Source: Candidatus Hydrogenedentota bacterium
Lineage (GTDB): Bacteria > Hydrogenedentota > Hydrogenedentia > Hydrogenedentales > SLHB01
Direction: 5' to 3'
DNA: 39,072 nucleotides
NCBI GenBank assembly: GCA_034408725.1
Contig: JAWXCN010000144.1
Coordinates: 1 to 39,072, forward strand
Below the pieces are notes generated by a model. It was not told the DNA's origin and did no database searches. It was given only the letters and a program-made list of their open reading frames with translations. Positions 18,658 through 26,359 of this stretch are shown in pieces (position 1 is the first letter of the stretch; each line of letters begins with the position of its first letter). The translations under genes were made by a program, and so were the position numbers.

Positions 18658-18776
18658 ACATCACGGATTACTGTAAACCAAAGTGACCTCGCGGAATAAC
18701 ACTTATTGACGGAGCAAGTCGCCGGTGCGGCCATTGTGGCCGGCGCCGGTGGCTTGTACTCGAATTCGGGAGAGCA

Positions 18777-20597
18777 ATGATGCGTCCATCGCGGTTTAAT
18801 ACAGGCTCGGCCGTTTTCCTCCTCATCGCTGCCGTACTGCAATCTGCGACCATGGCGGTCGATGCCGAGGAGCCCGCCGACCTTATCGTCACCAACGCCA
18901 AGGTTCACACGGTGGATGCAGCGCATCCGCAAGCAACGGCATTTGCAGTGAAGGATGGAAAGTTCACCGCCGTGAGCGATGACGAAGAGATGGCAGCCCT
19001 TCGCGGCGAGAAAACGCGAATGATCGACGCCGGCGGTCTCACAATCATCCCGGGCCTAAACGACTCGCATGCGCACGCCGTGCGTGGCGGACGATTCTAC
19101 AATTTGGAGTTACGCTGGGACGGCGTTGATTCGCTGGAGCGCGGGTTGGAAATGATTCGCGAGCAGGCCCAACGAACGCCCGCCGGACAGTGGGTGCGCA
19201 TCATCGGCGGCTGGTCTCCGTTCCAATTCAAAGAGAAACGGATGCCGACAATCAAAGAGTTGAATGATGCCGCGCCAAACACACCTACCTTCGTATTGTT
19301 TCTTTACAGTCAGGGCATGATTAATCGAGCTGCCGTGCAGGCGCTCGGCCTCACCGAAGAAACGAAGGCCCCTTCGGGAGGACGCTACGAGTTCGTCGAT
19401 GGTGGCGCGATTCTTCATGCCGAGCCGAACCCATTGATCCTCTATCAAATGATTGCCGAGCCGCCGCAACTCTCTCCGGAGGATCAGGTCAATTCCACGC
19501 TTCACTTCTATCGCGAAATGAACCGGCTGGGAATGACCAGCGCGGTGGATGCCGGGGGCGGCGGGCACACATTTCCCAAAGACTATGCGGGCAGTGAAAC
19601 GGTTGCGAAACAAGGCGACATGTCGGTGCGCATAACCTACTATCTCTTCGCGCAAACGCCGGGCAAGGAAGCCGAGGATTTTCTTAAATGGACCACGGAA
19701 AACGAAGTGGGCCAAAACCTTGCCAAAGACCTCGACCACGGTTTTGAACTCGACGGAGCCGGTGAGTTTTTGGCCCATAGCGCTGGTGATTGGGAAAACT
19801 TCATGGCGCCGCGTCCAGACCTCGCCGAACGAAAGGCGGCGGGGATGGAACCGATGGGTGATCTGCATGAGGTGGCGACCATCCTCGTCAAAAAGAAGTG
19901 GCCGCTACGCCAACATGCCACCTATGGCGAAAGCATTCGCGTTATCATGAACGTGTTTGAACAAGTCAAGCAAGAGCAGGGAGCTTTCGCGCCGCGTTGG
20001 GCCATCGACCACGCGGAAACCGTTCGCGACGGGGAACTGCGCCGGATCAAGGCGATGGACGGTGGCATTGCCATCCAGAACCGCATGGCATTTGCCGGCG
20101 AGTATTTCGTTGAACGCTACGGGAAAGAAGCTGTCGCCTACGCGCCACCGATCCGCAAGATGCTTGAAATGGGAATTCCCGTCGGGGCTGGCACTGACGG
20201 CACGCGCGTCAGCAGCTTCAACCCGTGGCCCTCCTTATATTGGCTCGTATCCGGCAAGACTGTCGGCGGGACCCAGCTCTTTGCCGAGAACAACAAACTT
20301 ACGCGCGAAGAAGCGCTGCAGCTTTTCACCGTGGGCAGCGCGTGGTTCAGCCAGGAAGAAAAAGTAAAAGGCCGCATCGCGCCGGGGCTCTACGCGGACT
20401 TCGCCGTGCTGAGCGACGATTACTTCTCTGTCGACGAAGAGCAGATTAAAGACATCCATTCTATGTTGACAGTCGTGGGCGGCAGGGTGGTCTATGCGGA
20501 AGAGCCGTTTGAGGCTTTGGCGCCGCCTGCCCTACCGCCCGTTAGCCCCAAGTGGTCACCCGTGGCGTTTTTCGGAGGTTACCAACATCCGAGTTAG
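18777..20597 (+). CDS. Amidohydrolase_3 family protein (YtcJ/NfdA-like) with signal peptide
   Basis: IPGLNDSHAH, QHATY, DHAE, GAGTDG, KGRIAPGLYADFAVL, LTVVGGRVVY. Signal peptide ending in TMA-V. Confidence 0.88.
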   Translation: MMRPSRFNTGSAVFLLIAAVLQSATMAVDAEEPADLIVTNAKVHTVDAAHPQATAFAVKDGKFTAVSDDEEMAALRGEKTRMIDAGGLTIIPGLNDSHAHAVRGGRFYNLELRWDGVDSLERGLEMIREQAQRTPAGQWVRIIGGWSPFQFKEKRMPTIKELNDAAPNTPTFVLFLYSQGMINRAAVQALGLTEETKAPSGGRYEFVDGGAILHAEPNPLILYQMIAEPPQLSPEDQVNSTLHFYREMNRLGMTSAVDAGGGGHTFPKDYAGSETVAKQGDMSVRITYYLFAQTPGKEAEDFLKWTTENEVGQNLAKDLDHGFELDGAGEFLAHSAGDWENFMAPRPDLAERKAAGMEPMGDLHEVATILVKKKWPLRQHATYGESIRVIMNVFEQVKQEQGAFAPRWAIDHAETVRDGELRRIKAMDGGIAIQNRMAFAGEYFVERYGKEAVAYAPPIRKMLEMGIPVGAGTDGTRVSSFNPWPSLYWLVSGKTVGGTQLFAENNKLTREEALQLFTVGSAWFSQEEKVKGRIAPGLYADFAVLSDDYFSVDEEQIKDIHSMLTVVGGRVVYAEEPFEALAPPALPPVSPKWSPVAFFGGYQHPS

Positions 20598-20628
20598 TTC
20601 AACAGCGCTCGATTAGCTTTTTCGCGTC

Positions 20629-20665
20629 AAAAAAAGACGCCCCCCGACGGTATGTCGGGGGCGTC
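20629..20665 (-). terminator. Intrinsic terminator between convergent genes
   Basis: GACGCCCCCCGAC-GGTAT-GTCGGGGGCGTC hairpin preceded by A7 on the + strand, which gives U7 after the stem on the - strand. Confidence 0.85.
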
Positions 20666-20693
20666 CATGTAGAATTCGTAATGTCTGAGCCGC

Positions 20694-21182
20694 TTACTCG
20701 GTCCATTCCTCTTCGATAACTTCTTCGACGACAACGGCGTCTTCGTCGGCTTCTCCTCCGACGACATCAATTTCTACGCCGATATCCTCTTCGACGACAA
20801 CGGCGTCTTCGCCAACGACAACTTCGCCGACCGGCACTACGGCCGGTTCGTCATCAAGGACTTCGTCCTCGTCGGTATCGGTGTCGTCAAAGTTACTTTC
20901 CGTCTGATGAAATTCCGCGGCAGTCTCCAGATCGTCGACCCCGGAAATGACTGGCTCGTCCCCGTAGCCCGCGGGCATCGCCACCACAAGTTTGCGGGCG
21001 CCCTTCTTCAGACTCGGACGCCGCGAAGGCCGGTCTTCGGACGGGCCAACGCGCACCAGTTCCACATCGTTGGCGTGTTCCTTCGGGCGCCACTGATCGT
21101 CGGGGCATTTAAAGCCATATTTTTCCGCGCCCCACTCGGTGAACCGGCGGTTACACTTTGGGCACATATATTTATTCGCCAT
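20694..21182 (-). CDS. Zn-ribbon-like protein with a long acidic tail (FYDLN_acid/TIGR02300-like, divergent)
   Basis: KYMCPKCNRRF...FKCP followed by a D/E/V-rich tail with EDAVVVEE twice. AGGAG RBS at 21194-21198. Confidence 0.6.
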   Translation of the reverse strand: MANKYMCPKCNRRFTEWGAEKYGFKCPDDQWRPKEHANDVELVRVGPSEDRPSRRPSLKKGARKLVVAMPAGYGDEPVISGVDDLETAAEFHQTESNFDDTDTDEDEVLDDEPAVVPVGEVVVGEDAVVVEEDIGVEIDVVGGEADEDAVVVEEVIEEEWTE

Positions 21183-21211
21183 GGTCGAACATACTCCTAG
21201 GTTGGGCGGGG

Positions 21212-21220
21212 ATTATAGCA
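21212..21220 (-). promoter_or_regulatory. Extended -10 promoter (TGcTATAAT) for the acidic Zn-ribbon gene
   Basis: Perfect TGnTATAAT on the minus strand about 30 nt upstream of the ATG at 21182. Confidence 0.65.
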
Positions 21221-21294
21221 GAAGGGCAGCCAAATCCAAATGGCTCGATGTCGTTGATTGCGAGCCCGCTCTAGCTGGATATTCGCGGGCTACG

Positions 21295-21696
21295 TCAGTG
21301 TTGCCGCAACGCGCCGCGCCGGAGCATGGGCGCTACCATCCACACAACGGCCGCGAATGCGAGCACGCCGGCTCCCGATGCGACGGCAACCGCGATCTGG
21401 CCCCAGGACTGCAAGAAGAAAACGGTGAGGTAGTCAAAATATCCCATCGCGCCGGGAAGAGCACGCACGTTCCAGCCTTGGAAAAACGCCAGCGCGGGCA
21501 CGAGCACAAGTGTGAATCCAACCATCGCGAAGAGCGCGGCGCTCGCCCATAACCGGGTTTGAAACCCGCGGCGTTCCTGGCTCGCAAAAGCCGCCACGCG
21601 CACTCGCTCCTCGATGCGGCGGTGCAATCCCGTGGGCACGGCGCGCAACGGCTCCGATTTAAGGGCGTCCACAATGATTTGGTCCAGGTCACTCAT
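21295..21696 (-). CDS. Putative membrane anti-sigma factor (2 TM)
   Basis: Overlaps the ECF sigma stop (ATGAGTGA). Short cytoplasmic N-terminus LKSEPLRAVPTGLHRRIEERV followed by two TM helices. Confidence 0.65.
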   Translation of the reverse strand: MSDLDQIIVDALKSEPLRAVPTGLHRRIEERVRVAAFASQERRGFQTRLWASAALFAMVGFTLVLVPALAFFQGWNVRALPGAMGYFDYLTVFFLQSWGQIAVAVASGAGVLAFAAVVWMVAPMLRRGALRQH

Positions 21697-22294
21697 GTTG
21701 GGGTCCATTGGTCTTCATCTCCTTCTCGACGATTTTCCGCAATTGCAGGCGAGCACGGTGCATCCACGTCTTTAAAGTTCCCATGGGAATCCGCATCGCT
21801 TCCGCGATCTCCTCATAGGGAACTTCCTGGAGGTAGTACATGGACACTATCGTGGCGTAACGCTCCGGCAGCTTGGTCACGCACCGCCGGATAAGTTCTG
21901 GCATGTCGCTAGATTCGTTTGGCTCGTCCGCGGCGCCATCGGCATGGGACGGCGTAAGCTCGACCTCTCCGCGGCGCTTGCGGCGGTTCAATTCGGTGAG
22001 GCAAACGCTGCACGTCACGCGGTACAGCCAGGTGGCAAAGCTGCAATCGCCCCGAAATCCGTGGAGCAATCGATAAGCCTTCAGGAATGCCTCCTGCGCC
22101 ATGTCTTCGGCCAAAGCGTTGTCGCGCATAAAACGGAATGCAAGGTTGAACACGATGCGTTCGTGACGGCGAACCAACACGGAAAATGCCTCGACTTCGC
22201 CGGCGCGCGTGCGTTGCACCAGCGCAAGGTCGGAATCCTCGGTCATTCGCGCCCTTTCCGCTTCAGGCCACATAGTCGCGCGCAAGGAAGCCAT
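21689..22294 (-). CDS. ECF RNA polymerase sigma-70 factor
   Basis: Region 2 AEDMAQEAFLKAY...FATWLYRV and region 4 YEEIAEAMRIPMGTLKTWMHRAR. TAATG overlap with the upstream gene; alternative start at 22246. Confidence 0.95.
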   Translation of the reverse strand: MASLRATMWPEAERARMTEDSDLALVQRTRAGEVEAFSVLVRRHERIVFNLAFRFMRDNALAEDMAQEAFLKAYRLLHGFRGDCSFATWLYRVTCSVCLTELNRRKRRGEVELTPSHADGAADEPNESSDMPELIRRCVTKLPERYATIVSMYYLQEVPYEEIAEAMRIPMGTLKTWMHRARLQLRKIVEKEMKTNGPQHE

Positions 22295-23208
22295 TAGTCG
22301 CTCCTCGCAATGGAGATACTACCATTGAGCGTGTCAAGATTGATCTCGGAATAGCCGTCTCCGACAATCCCCTTGATGTACCGCCGCTGGTTTGTACCGT
22401 TCTGTGTGTCAATGGGCACCTGGCTAATTACCGACCCGCGCGACGCGTGCGCGGTAATCGACGCGGAAACATCCGAGGCCATGAGCAAGGAGACCCCGCC
22501 ATTCTGGCTGCTAAGCTGGGCGTGCTCAACATTCGGCCCAAGCACTTGCGCCCAAATGACACCGTTGAAAGTCTCGACGTCAAGCGATCCCCCCTGCACC
22601 TGTGCATATACGTCGCCGTTCACGGTCCGCAAAGTGCCTCCAGCCGGCGATTCGGCAAGATGGATGCGCCCGTTTATGCTTTCTATATGAACACTCCCAG
22701 AAGGACCGGCAACATCAATGTCGCTGTTCCTGCCCATCACGCGAACGTCACCGCAACCGGGACGAATCCAGACGTTTCCGTTGTTGCTGGTAACGGCAAC
22801 ATTGGTGCCCTCCGGAATTTGAAGATCGTATTCCACGAAGAGGTCATAATCCGCAAGGCGTTGTGTCGGTTCCGTAGACACGACGAGCGTACTGGCCTCT
22901 TCATTCACCGCAACAAGTGAGGTGATATGGTTTTTCAGTTCGTCGATAGTCGTGTCACCGCGGCGGTACGCGCGAATTTTTGCTTTGCCGGTAATTGTTT
23001 GCCCCGGATGCGTGGTGATGCGCACCAGGCCATCGGTATTTTCCAGCCGGAGCGCGCCGGGGCTCGCATGGGCAAAGGAACGTACCTCCTGCACGTCGGC
23101 CTTCCCAACCATGGGGGGAAGTTTAGGAGCGAGCACGCGCACGCAGAACATAATGACCAACACTGCTATGGTCAACGCAGTGATCAGACTTTTCACATTA
23201 GGGTTCAT
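22294..23208 (-). CDS. Membrane-anchored DUF4097 (adhesin-like beta-strand repeat) protein
   Basis: N-terminal TM, then repeated xxNGxV/I units (SNNGNV, SINGRI, TVNGDV, TFNGVI, SQNGGV, TLNGSI). Start re-assigned to ATG 23208. Confidence 0.8.
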   Translation of the reverse strand: MNPNVKSLITALTIAVLVIMFCVRVLAPKLPPMVGKADVQEVRSFAHASPGALRLENTDGLVRITTHPGQTITGKAKIRAYRRGDTTIDELKNHITSLVAVNEEASTLVVSTEPTQRLADYDLFVEYDLQIPEGTNVAVTSNNGNVWIRPGCGDVRVMGRNSDIDVAGPSGSVHIESINGRIHLAESPAGGTLRTVNGDVYAQVQGGSLDVETFNGVIWAQVLGPNVEHAQLSSQNGGVSLLMASDVSASITAHASRGSVISQVPIDTQNGTNQRRYIKGIVGDGYSEINLDTLNGSISIARSD

Positions 23209-23215
23209 CGTGCCT

Positions 23216-23245
23216 TTGGACTTTCGTCCATGCCCCCCGGTTTCA
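23216..23245 (-). promoter_or_regulatory. ECF-type promoter of the DUF4097-sigma-antisigma operon
   Basis: Minus strand TGAAAC-N17-AGTCCAA, ending 7 nt before the ATG at 23208. Confidence 0.65.
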
Positions 23246-23290
23246 CTAAATGGGCGCTGTGACAGGGGATAGTGGGTGCCGAGGATGGGG

Positions 23291-23320
23291 TGAAACCCGG
23301 ATAGCTGGCATATAGTCCAA
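23291..23320 (+). promoter_or_regulatory. ECF-type promoter facing the DUF6249-like gene
   Basis: TGAAAC (23291-23296), 17 nt, AGTCCAA (23314-23320): same boxes and spacing as the divergent copy. Confidence 0.6.
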
Positions 23321-23548
23321 CAAATAGGGCGTCCGGAACGCCGGATACCCGCGAATTTACAGTAGAATCGGTTGCGGTCGGGCTGAACCAAGTGTGGCCC
23401 AGACGCGGTGCAAATACATCGTGTTCGTGCTACCCGGCGGGACGTGCTCGTAGGGCCAGATCCAGCGTAAGTCCAAAGAAAACCTCCTTTTCTTGAACTC
23501 TCGCGAGGCGTCCCGCCGGACCCCAATTCCAGGAGAACCATCCGGCAA

Positions 23549-23971
23549 ATGGCAACTTTGTTTCTCTTAGTACCACTCTTTCTGGTGCTCGTTACCGTCA
23601 TGGCAGGAATCGTCCAGGTGCTCAGCAAATCTTGGCTGGACTACCGATTTCGCATCGCCTTCCTCGATAAACTGGAGAAAAACCCTTCACTCCTAGGCGG
23701 TGCTACAGACCTCGCAGCCGTCGTGAACGGTCTGTCCGCCGGTGCGGGCGGTATCCAACGGCAGAACTATCGCCTGACCGGTCTGATACTCGCCGTCTTG
23801 GGAGTGGCCTGCGCCGTTGGCGGGCGGCTGATGCGTTCCGGCGAAGTCGCCGTCGGCGTGTACCTGGGAGGGGTCTTCTGTCTCGTCATCGGGCTCGTGA
23901 TCGCATTACTAGGTTTCATGATTCACGTGATGACCCGCCCAGCAAAAGTAACCGCGACGCCTGCCAACTAA
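23549..23971 (+). CDS. Three-TM membrane protein, DUF6249-like
   Basis: TM, then R...LEK cytoplasmic segment, then two TMs (GLILAVLGVA, LVIGLVIALLG). AGGAGA RBS at 23531-23536. Adjacent to an ECF locus. Confidence 0.65.
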   Translation: MATLFLLVPLFLVLVTVMAGIVQVLSKSWLDYRFRIAFLDKLEKNPSLLGGATDLAAVVNGLSAGAGGIQRQNYRLTGLILAVLGVACAVGGRLMRSGEVAVGVYLGGVFCLVIGLVIALLGFMIHVMTRPAKVTATPAN

Positions 23972-23990
23972 CCCAAAATTCGATGCACCG

Positions 23991-24070
23991 GGAGGGCGGT
24001 CGTCCCCGACCGCATTCTGCAATTGTCCCCGACCGCATTCAGCGATCATCCCGGACCGCATTTGATTCTA
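23991..24070. repeat. GGAG-type REP-like hairpin with three 23-bp tandem partial copies
   Basis: GGAGG-GCGGTCG-TCCC-CGACCGC hairpin. TCCC(C/G)GACCGCATT recurs at 24003, 24026 and 24049. Confidence 0.7.
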
Positions 24071-24079
24071 CGCATCGCC

Positions 24080-25231
24080 CTACTTCTTCTCTTGCTGTTG
24101 CTCTTTCATTCGCTCAGACAATGTCTTCTCCGGTTCGATTTTCAAACCCGGTGGCGGCGGCAAACCCAGTGCAATATTCGCAAGCAACGTGCAGACCTCC
24201 CCTAACCCGGACTCGCCATTGGTATTGGAGATCACCGCGACTGCTACGCCCTTGTCCAGGCACGAAAGCAAGTGCGTCGAGGTACCCGCCTGGCCACCGG
24301 AATGAAAAATAATGCGCCCGATGACGTCCCACTCGTCTACGTTCCAGCCCAGCGCGTACATGGATTTTTTCCCGTCAGCCAATTCTATAGGCTGAAGCAT
24401 CCGGGCAAACGTTTCTTGCTTTAACAACGTGCCATTCTGTACCGCGCCGGCAAACCGCACCAAATCGCCCACCGTCGAAATCATGCCGCCGCCGGCATAT
24501 CGAACACTGTTATCCGTGTAAACGGCGTTCAAGCGCTCCCCTTTCGGGTTTAGGTCATACCCTCGCGATCGCCGGGGCACAATCACGCCACGCAGTTCCA
24601 GATATGTGGACTTCATGCCCGCCGGCTCCCATACATGGGCCTGCAGGTAGTCGCCAAGTTTTTCGCCGGAAGCTTCTTCCAAGGCAGTGGCCACGACCGT
24701 ATATCCGTAGGTGGAGTAGTGAAATTTCGACCCAGGCGCGAATCCGATTGGGTCGTCCTTGAACTTTCCCATTGCCGACAATGAATTCGTGAAATGCTCC
24801 ATTGCATTCGCCTCCGCGCCGCCTCGATAGTGGCGGACGCCGGCGGTATGGGACAGCAGATGCCAAACCAGTACTTCACCCTGTTCCTTTTTGGGGAAAG
24901 TAGGCACATATGTCTGAATTGGCGCGTCAAGGTCCAGTTTTCCCTGTTCAACCAATTGCATGACCGCGGTGGCAGTGATTGGTTTGGAAATCGACGCTAT
25001 CCGATGGACCATGTCCGGACGCGCGGGTACCTCGTTCTCGAGGTCGGCAAAGCCAACGGCGCCCTCCCAAGCCACCGCGCCGTCTTTCCAGATCGCCGCG
25101 GATAGACCAGCAGCCTTTTTTAACTTGGCGGCTTCTGCAAGCAAATCTTGTGCGGATGCGGCGAAAGGCGCATCCGCCAGAACGTGGCAGCAGAAGAACA
25201 GGGAAATCAATGCGAATGCGGTGCGTTTCAT
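24080..25231 (-). CDS. Exported serine hydrolase, beta-lactamase class C/AmpC-like family
   Basis: Signal peptide. SxxK (SISK), LLSHTAG, YST, GGGMIST, HSG motifs. Confidence 0.9.
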   Translation of the reverse strand: MKRTAFALISLFFCCHVLADAPFAASAQDLLAEAAKLKKAAGLSAAIWKDGAVAWEGAVGFADLENEVPARPDMVHRIASISKPITATAVMQLVEQGKLDLDAPIQTYVPTFPKKEQGEVLVWHLLSHTAGVRHYRGGAEANAMEHFTNSLSAMGKFKDDPIGFAPGSKFHYSTYGYTVVATALEEASGEKLGDYLQAHVWEPAGMKSTYLELRGVIVPRRSRGYDLNPKGERLNAVYTDNSVRYAGGGMISTVGDLVRFAGAVQNGTLLKQETFARMLQPIELADGKKSMYALGWNVDEWDVIGRIIFHSGGQAGTSTHLLSCLDKGVAVAVISNTNGESGLGEVCTLLANIALGLPPPPGLKIEPEKTLSERMKEQQQEKK

Positions 25232-25305
25232 AGTGGCTTCCCCAGGTTGAAAGGTTGGATGTTTTTCCGAGGCAGTTGGTTTATTGGGTTCGCAATAATG
25301 TACGA

Positions 25306-25475
25306 GTTGTGGGCCGGTAAATATGTGTTGTGGCCCGGAAATATGTGAAGTGGCCCGAGAAAAATGCGTTGTGGCCGGTAATTATGGGTTGTGGCCGGTC
25401 TCTCGACCGCGCCACCGCAAAAATACGTTGTGGCCGGTCTCCCGACCGCGCCACCGCACCGACCGACAGGTCTCC
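25306..25475. repeat. Tandem array of REP-like elements: four 20-21-bp truncated units and two full hairpin units
   Basis: GTTGTGGCC-like heads at 25306, 25327, 25347, 25368, 25388 and 25427. The last two are GTGGC-CGGTC-TC(T/C)C-GACCG-C-GCCAC hairpins. Confidence 0.8.
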
Positions 25476-25696
25476 AAAACTCCCAATCGTAACTCGCCAT
25501 CGGTTCTGCCGAGACAGGACGTTACGAAAATCGATCACCCATGCTCGAGCACGAATGGGATTCGTTTGCCAATATCAATTGTCCGTTGTCAATTATTCCG
25601 ACCGGTACAAAAGTTGCTAACTCAAACATTGACTGCGCACTCGTTAGCACGTAATCTGGTGCGTTTCGTGTCACATTGAGGGGAGGAGTCCGCGGC

Positions 25697-26359
25697 GTGG
25701 TGATTTTGGAAAAGGTCCGGCGAAAGCTCGGACCGGGCGTGGAATTCATTTGCGATGAGTTCCACGCACCGGAGGGCGCGCAGGTTGCCCTTTGGGGTCC
25801 AAGCGGGTGCGGTAAAAGCACGATGCTTAACCTCATAAGCGGCCTACTTCGCCCCAATTCAGGCGTAATTCGCGTCGATGGACTCGAGACCCAGCGCATG
25901 AGCAACGGGCAGCTTGATCGCCTTCGCGGCGAGCGGTTCGGGTTCATCTTCCAGACTTTCAACCTTCTGGCGCCATTCACCGCGTTGCAGAATGTGATGC
26001 TCGGCATGCGGTTCAGCGATACACGGCCCTCGAAGGAATGGCGCGCGCACGCTATCCATTTGCTGGAACGTGTGGGCCTTGCGCATCGCCTAAATTCTAA
26101 ACCCGGCACGATGAGTGTAGGCGAACGGCAACGAGTGGCCATTGCGCGCGCGCTCGCAAACCGCCAAAGAATTGTTGTGGCCGACGAGCCGACGGGAAGT
26201 CTCGATCCCAAAACCGCGGCGTCGGTCATGGATTTACTACTAGAGCTGTGCCGGGAAAATAAAGTTACGCTGCTTCTGGTCACGCATGATCAATCCATTG
26301 CAAACCAGTTGCCCGAACGGTTCGATTGCACCGGGCTCGCGCGGGAGACCGCCCAATGA
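25697..26359 (+). CDS. ABC transporter ATP-binding protein, LolD/ZrgB-like
   Basis: GPSGCGKST, FIFQTFNL, MSVGERQRVAIARAL, ADEPTGSLD, VTHD. GGAGG RBS precedes the GTG. Confidence 0.9.
   Translation: MVILEKVRRKLGPGVEFICDEFHAPEGAQVALWGPSGCGKSTMLNLISGLLRPNSGVIRVDGLETQRMSNGQLDRLRGERFGFIFQTFNLLAPFTALQNVMLGMRFSDTRPSKEWRAHAIHLLERVGLAHRLNSKPGTMSVGERQRVAIARALANRQRIVVADEPTGSLDPKTAASVMDLLLELCRENKVTLLLVTHDQSIANQLPERFDCTGLARETAQ

Noticed and set aside
23209-23628. 140-aa N-terminal extension of the DUF4097 ORF in the ORF track
   Set aside because: It is not protein-like, overlaps the divergent gene at 23549, and spans the ECF promoters. The real start is probably 23208.
24080-25231. Bona fide AmpC beta-lactamase resistance gene
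   Set aside because: It has YST and HSG in place of YxN and KTG, so it is better described as a generic serine hydrolase or esterase of that fold.
25306-25475. Possible mini-CRISPR array
   Set aside because: Units are degenerate and only 20-21 bp in total period, with no unique 30-40-nt spacers and no cas genes. The full units are REP-like hairpins.
25281-25679. Several 85-118-aa ORFs over the repeat array
   Set aside because: They are translations of the REP-like repeats (for example VARSGDRPQ twice) and lack RBS or domain support.
25476-25690. Zur/Fur box or metal riboswitch upstream of the Zrg-like operon
   Set aside because: The region is AT-rich with short repeats (TCAATT twice; TCGTAAC/GTTACGA), but I see no convincing match to Zur/Fur palindromes or to cobalamin or NiCo riboswitch cores.
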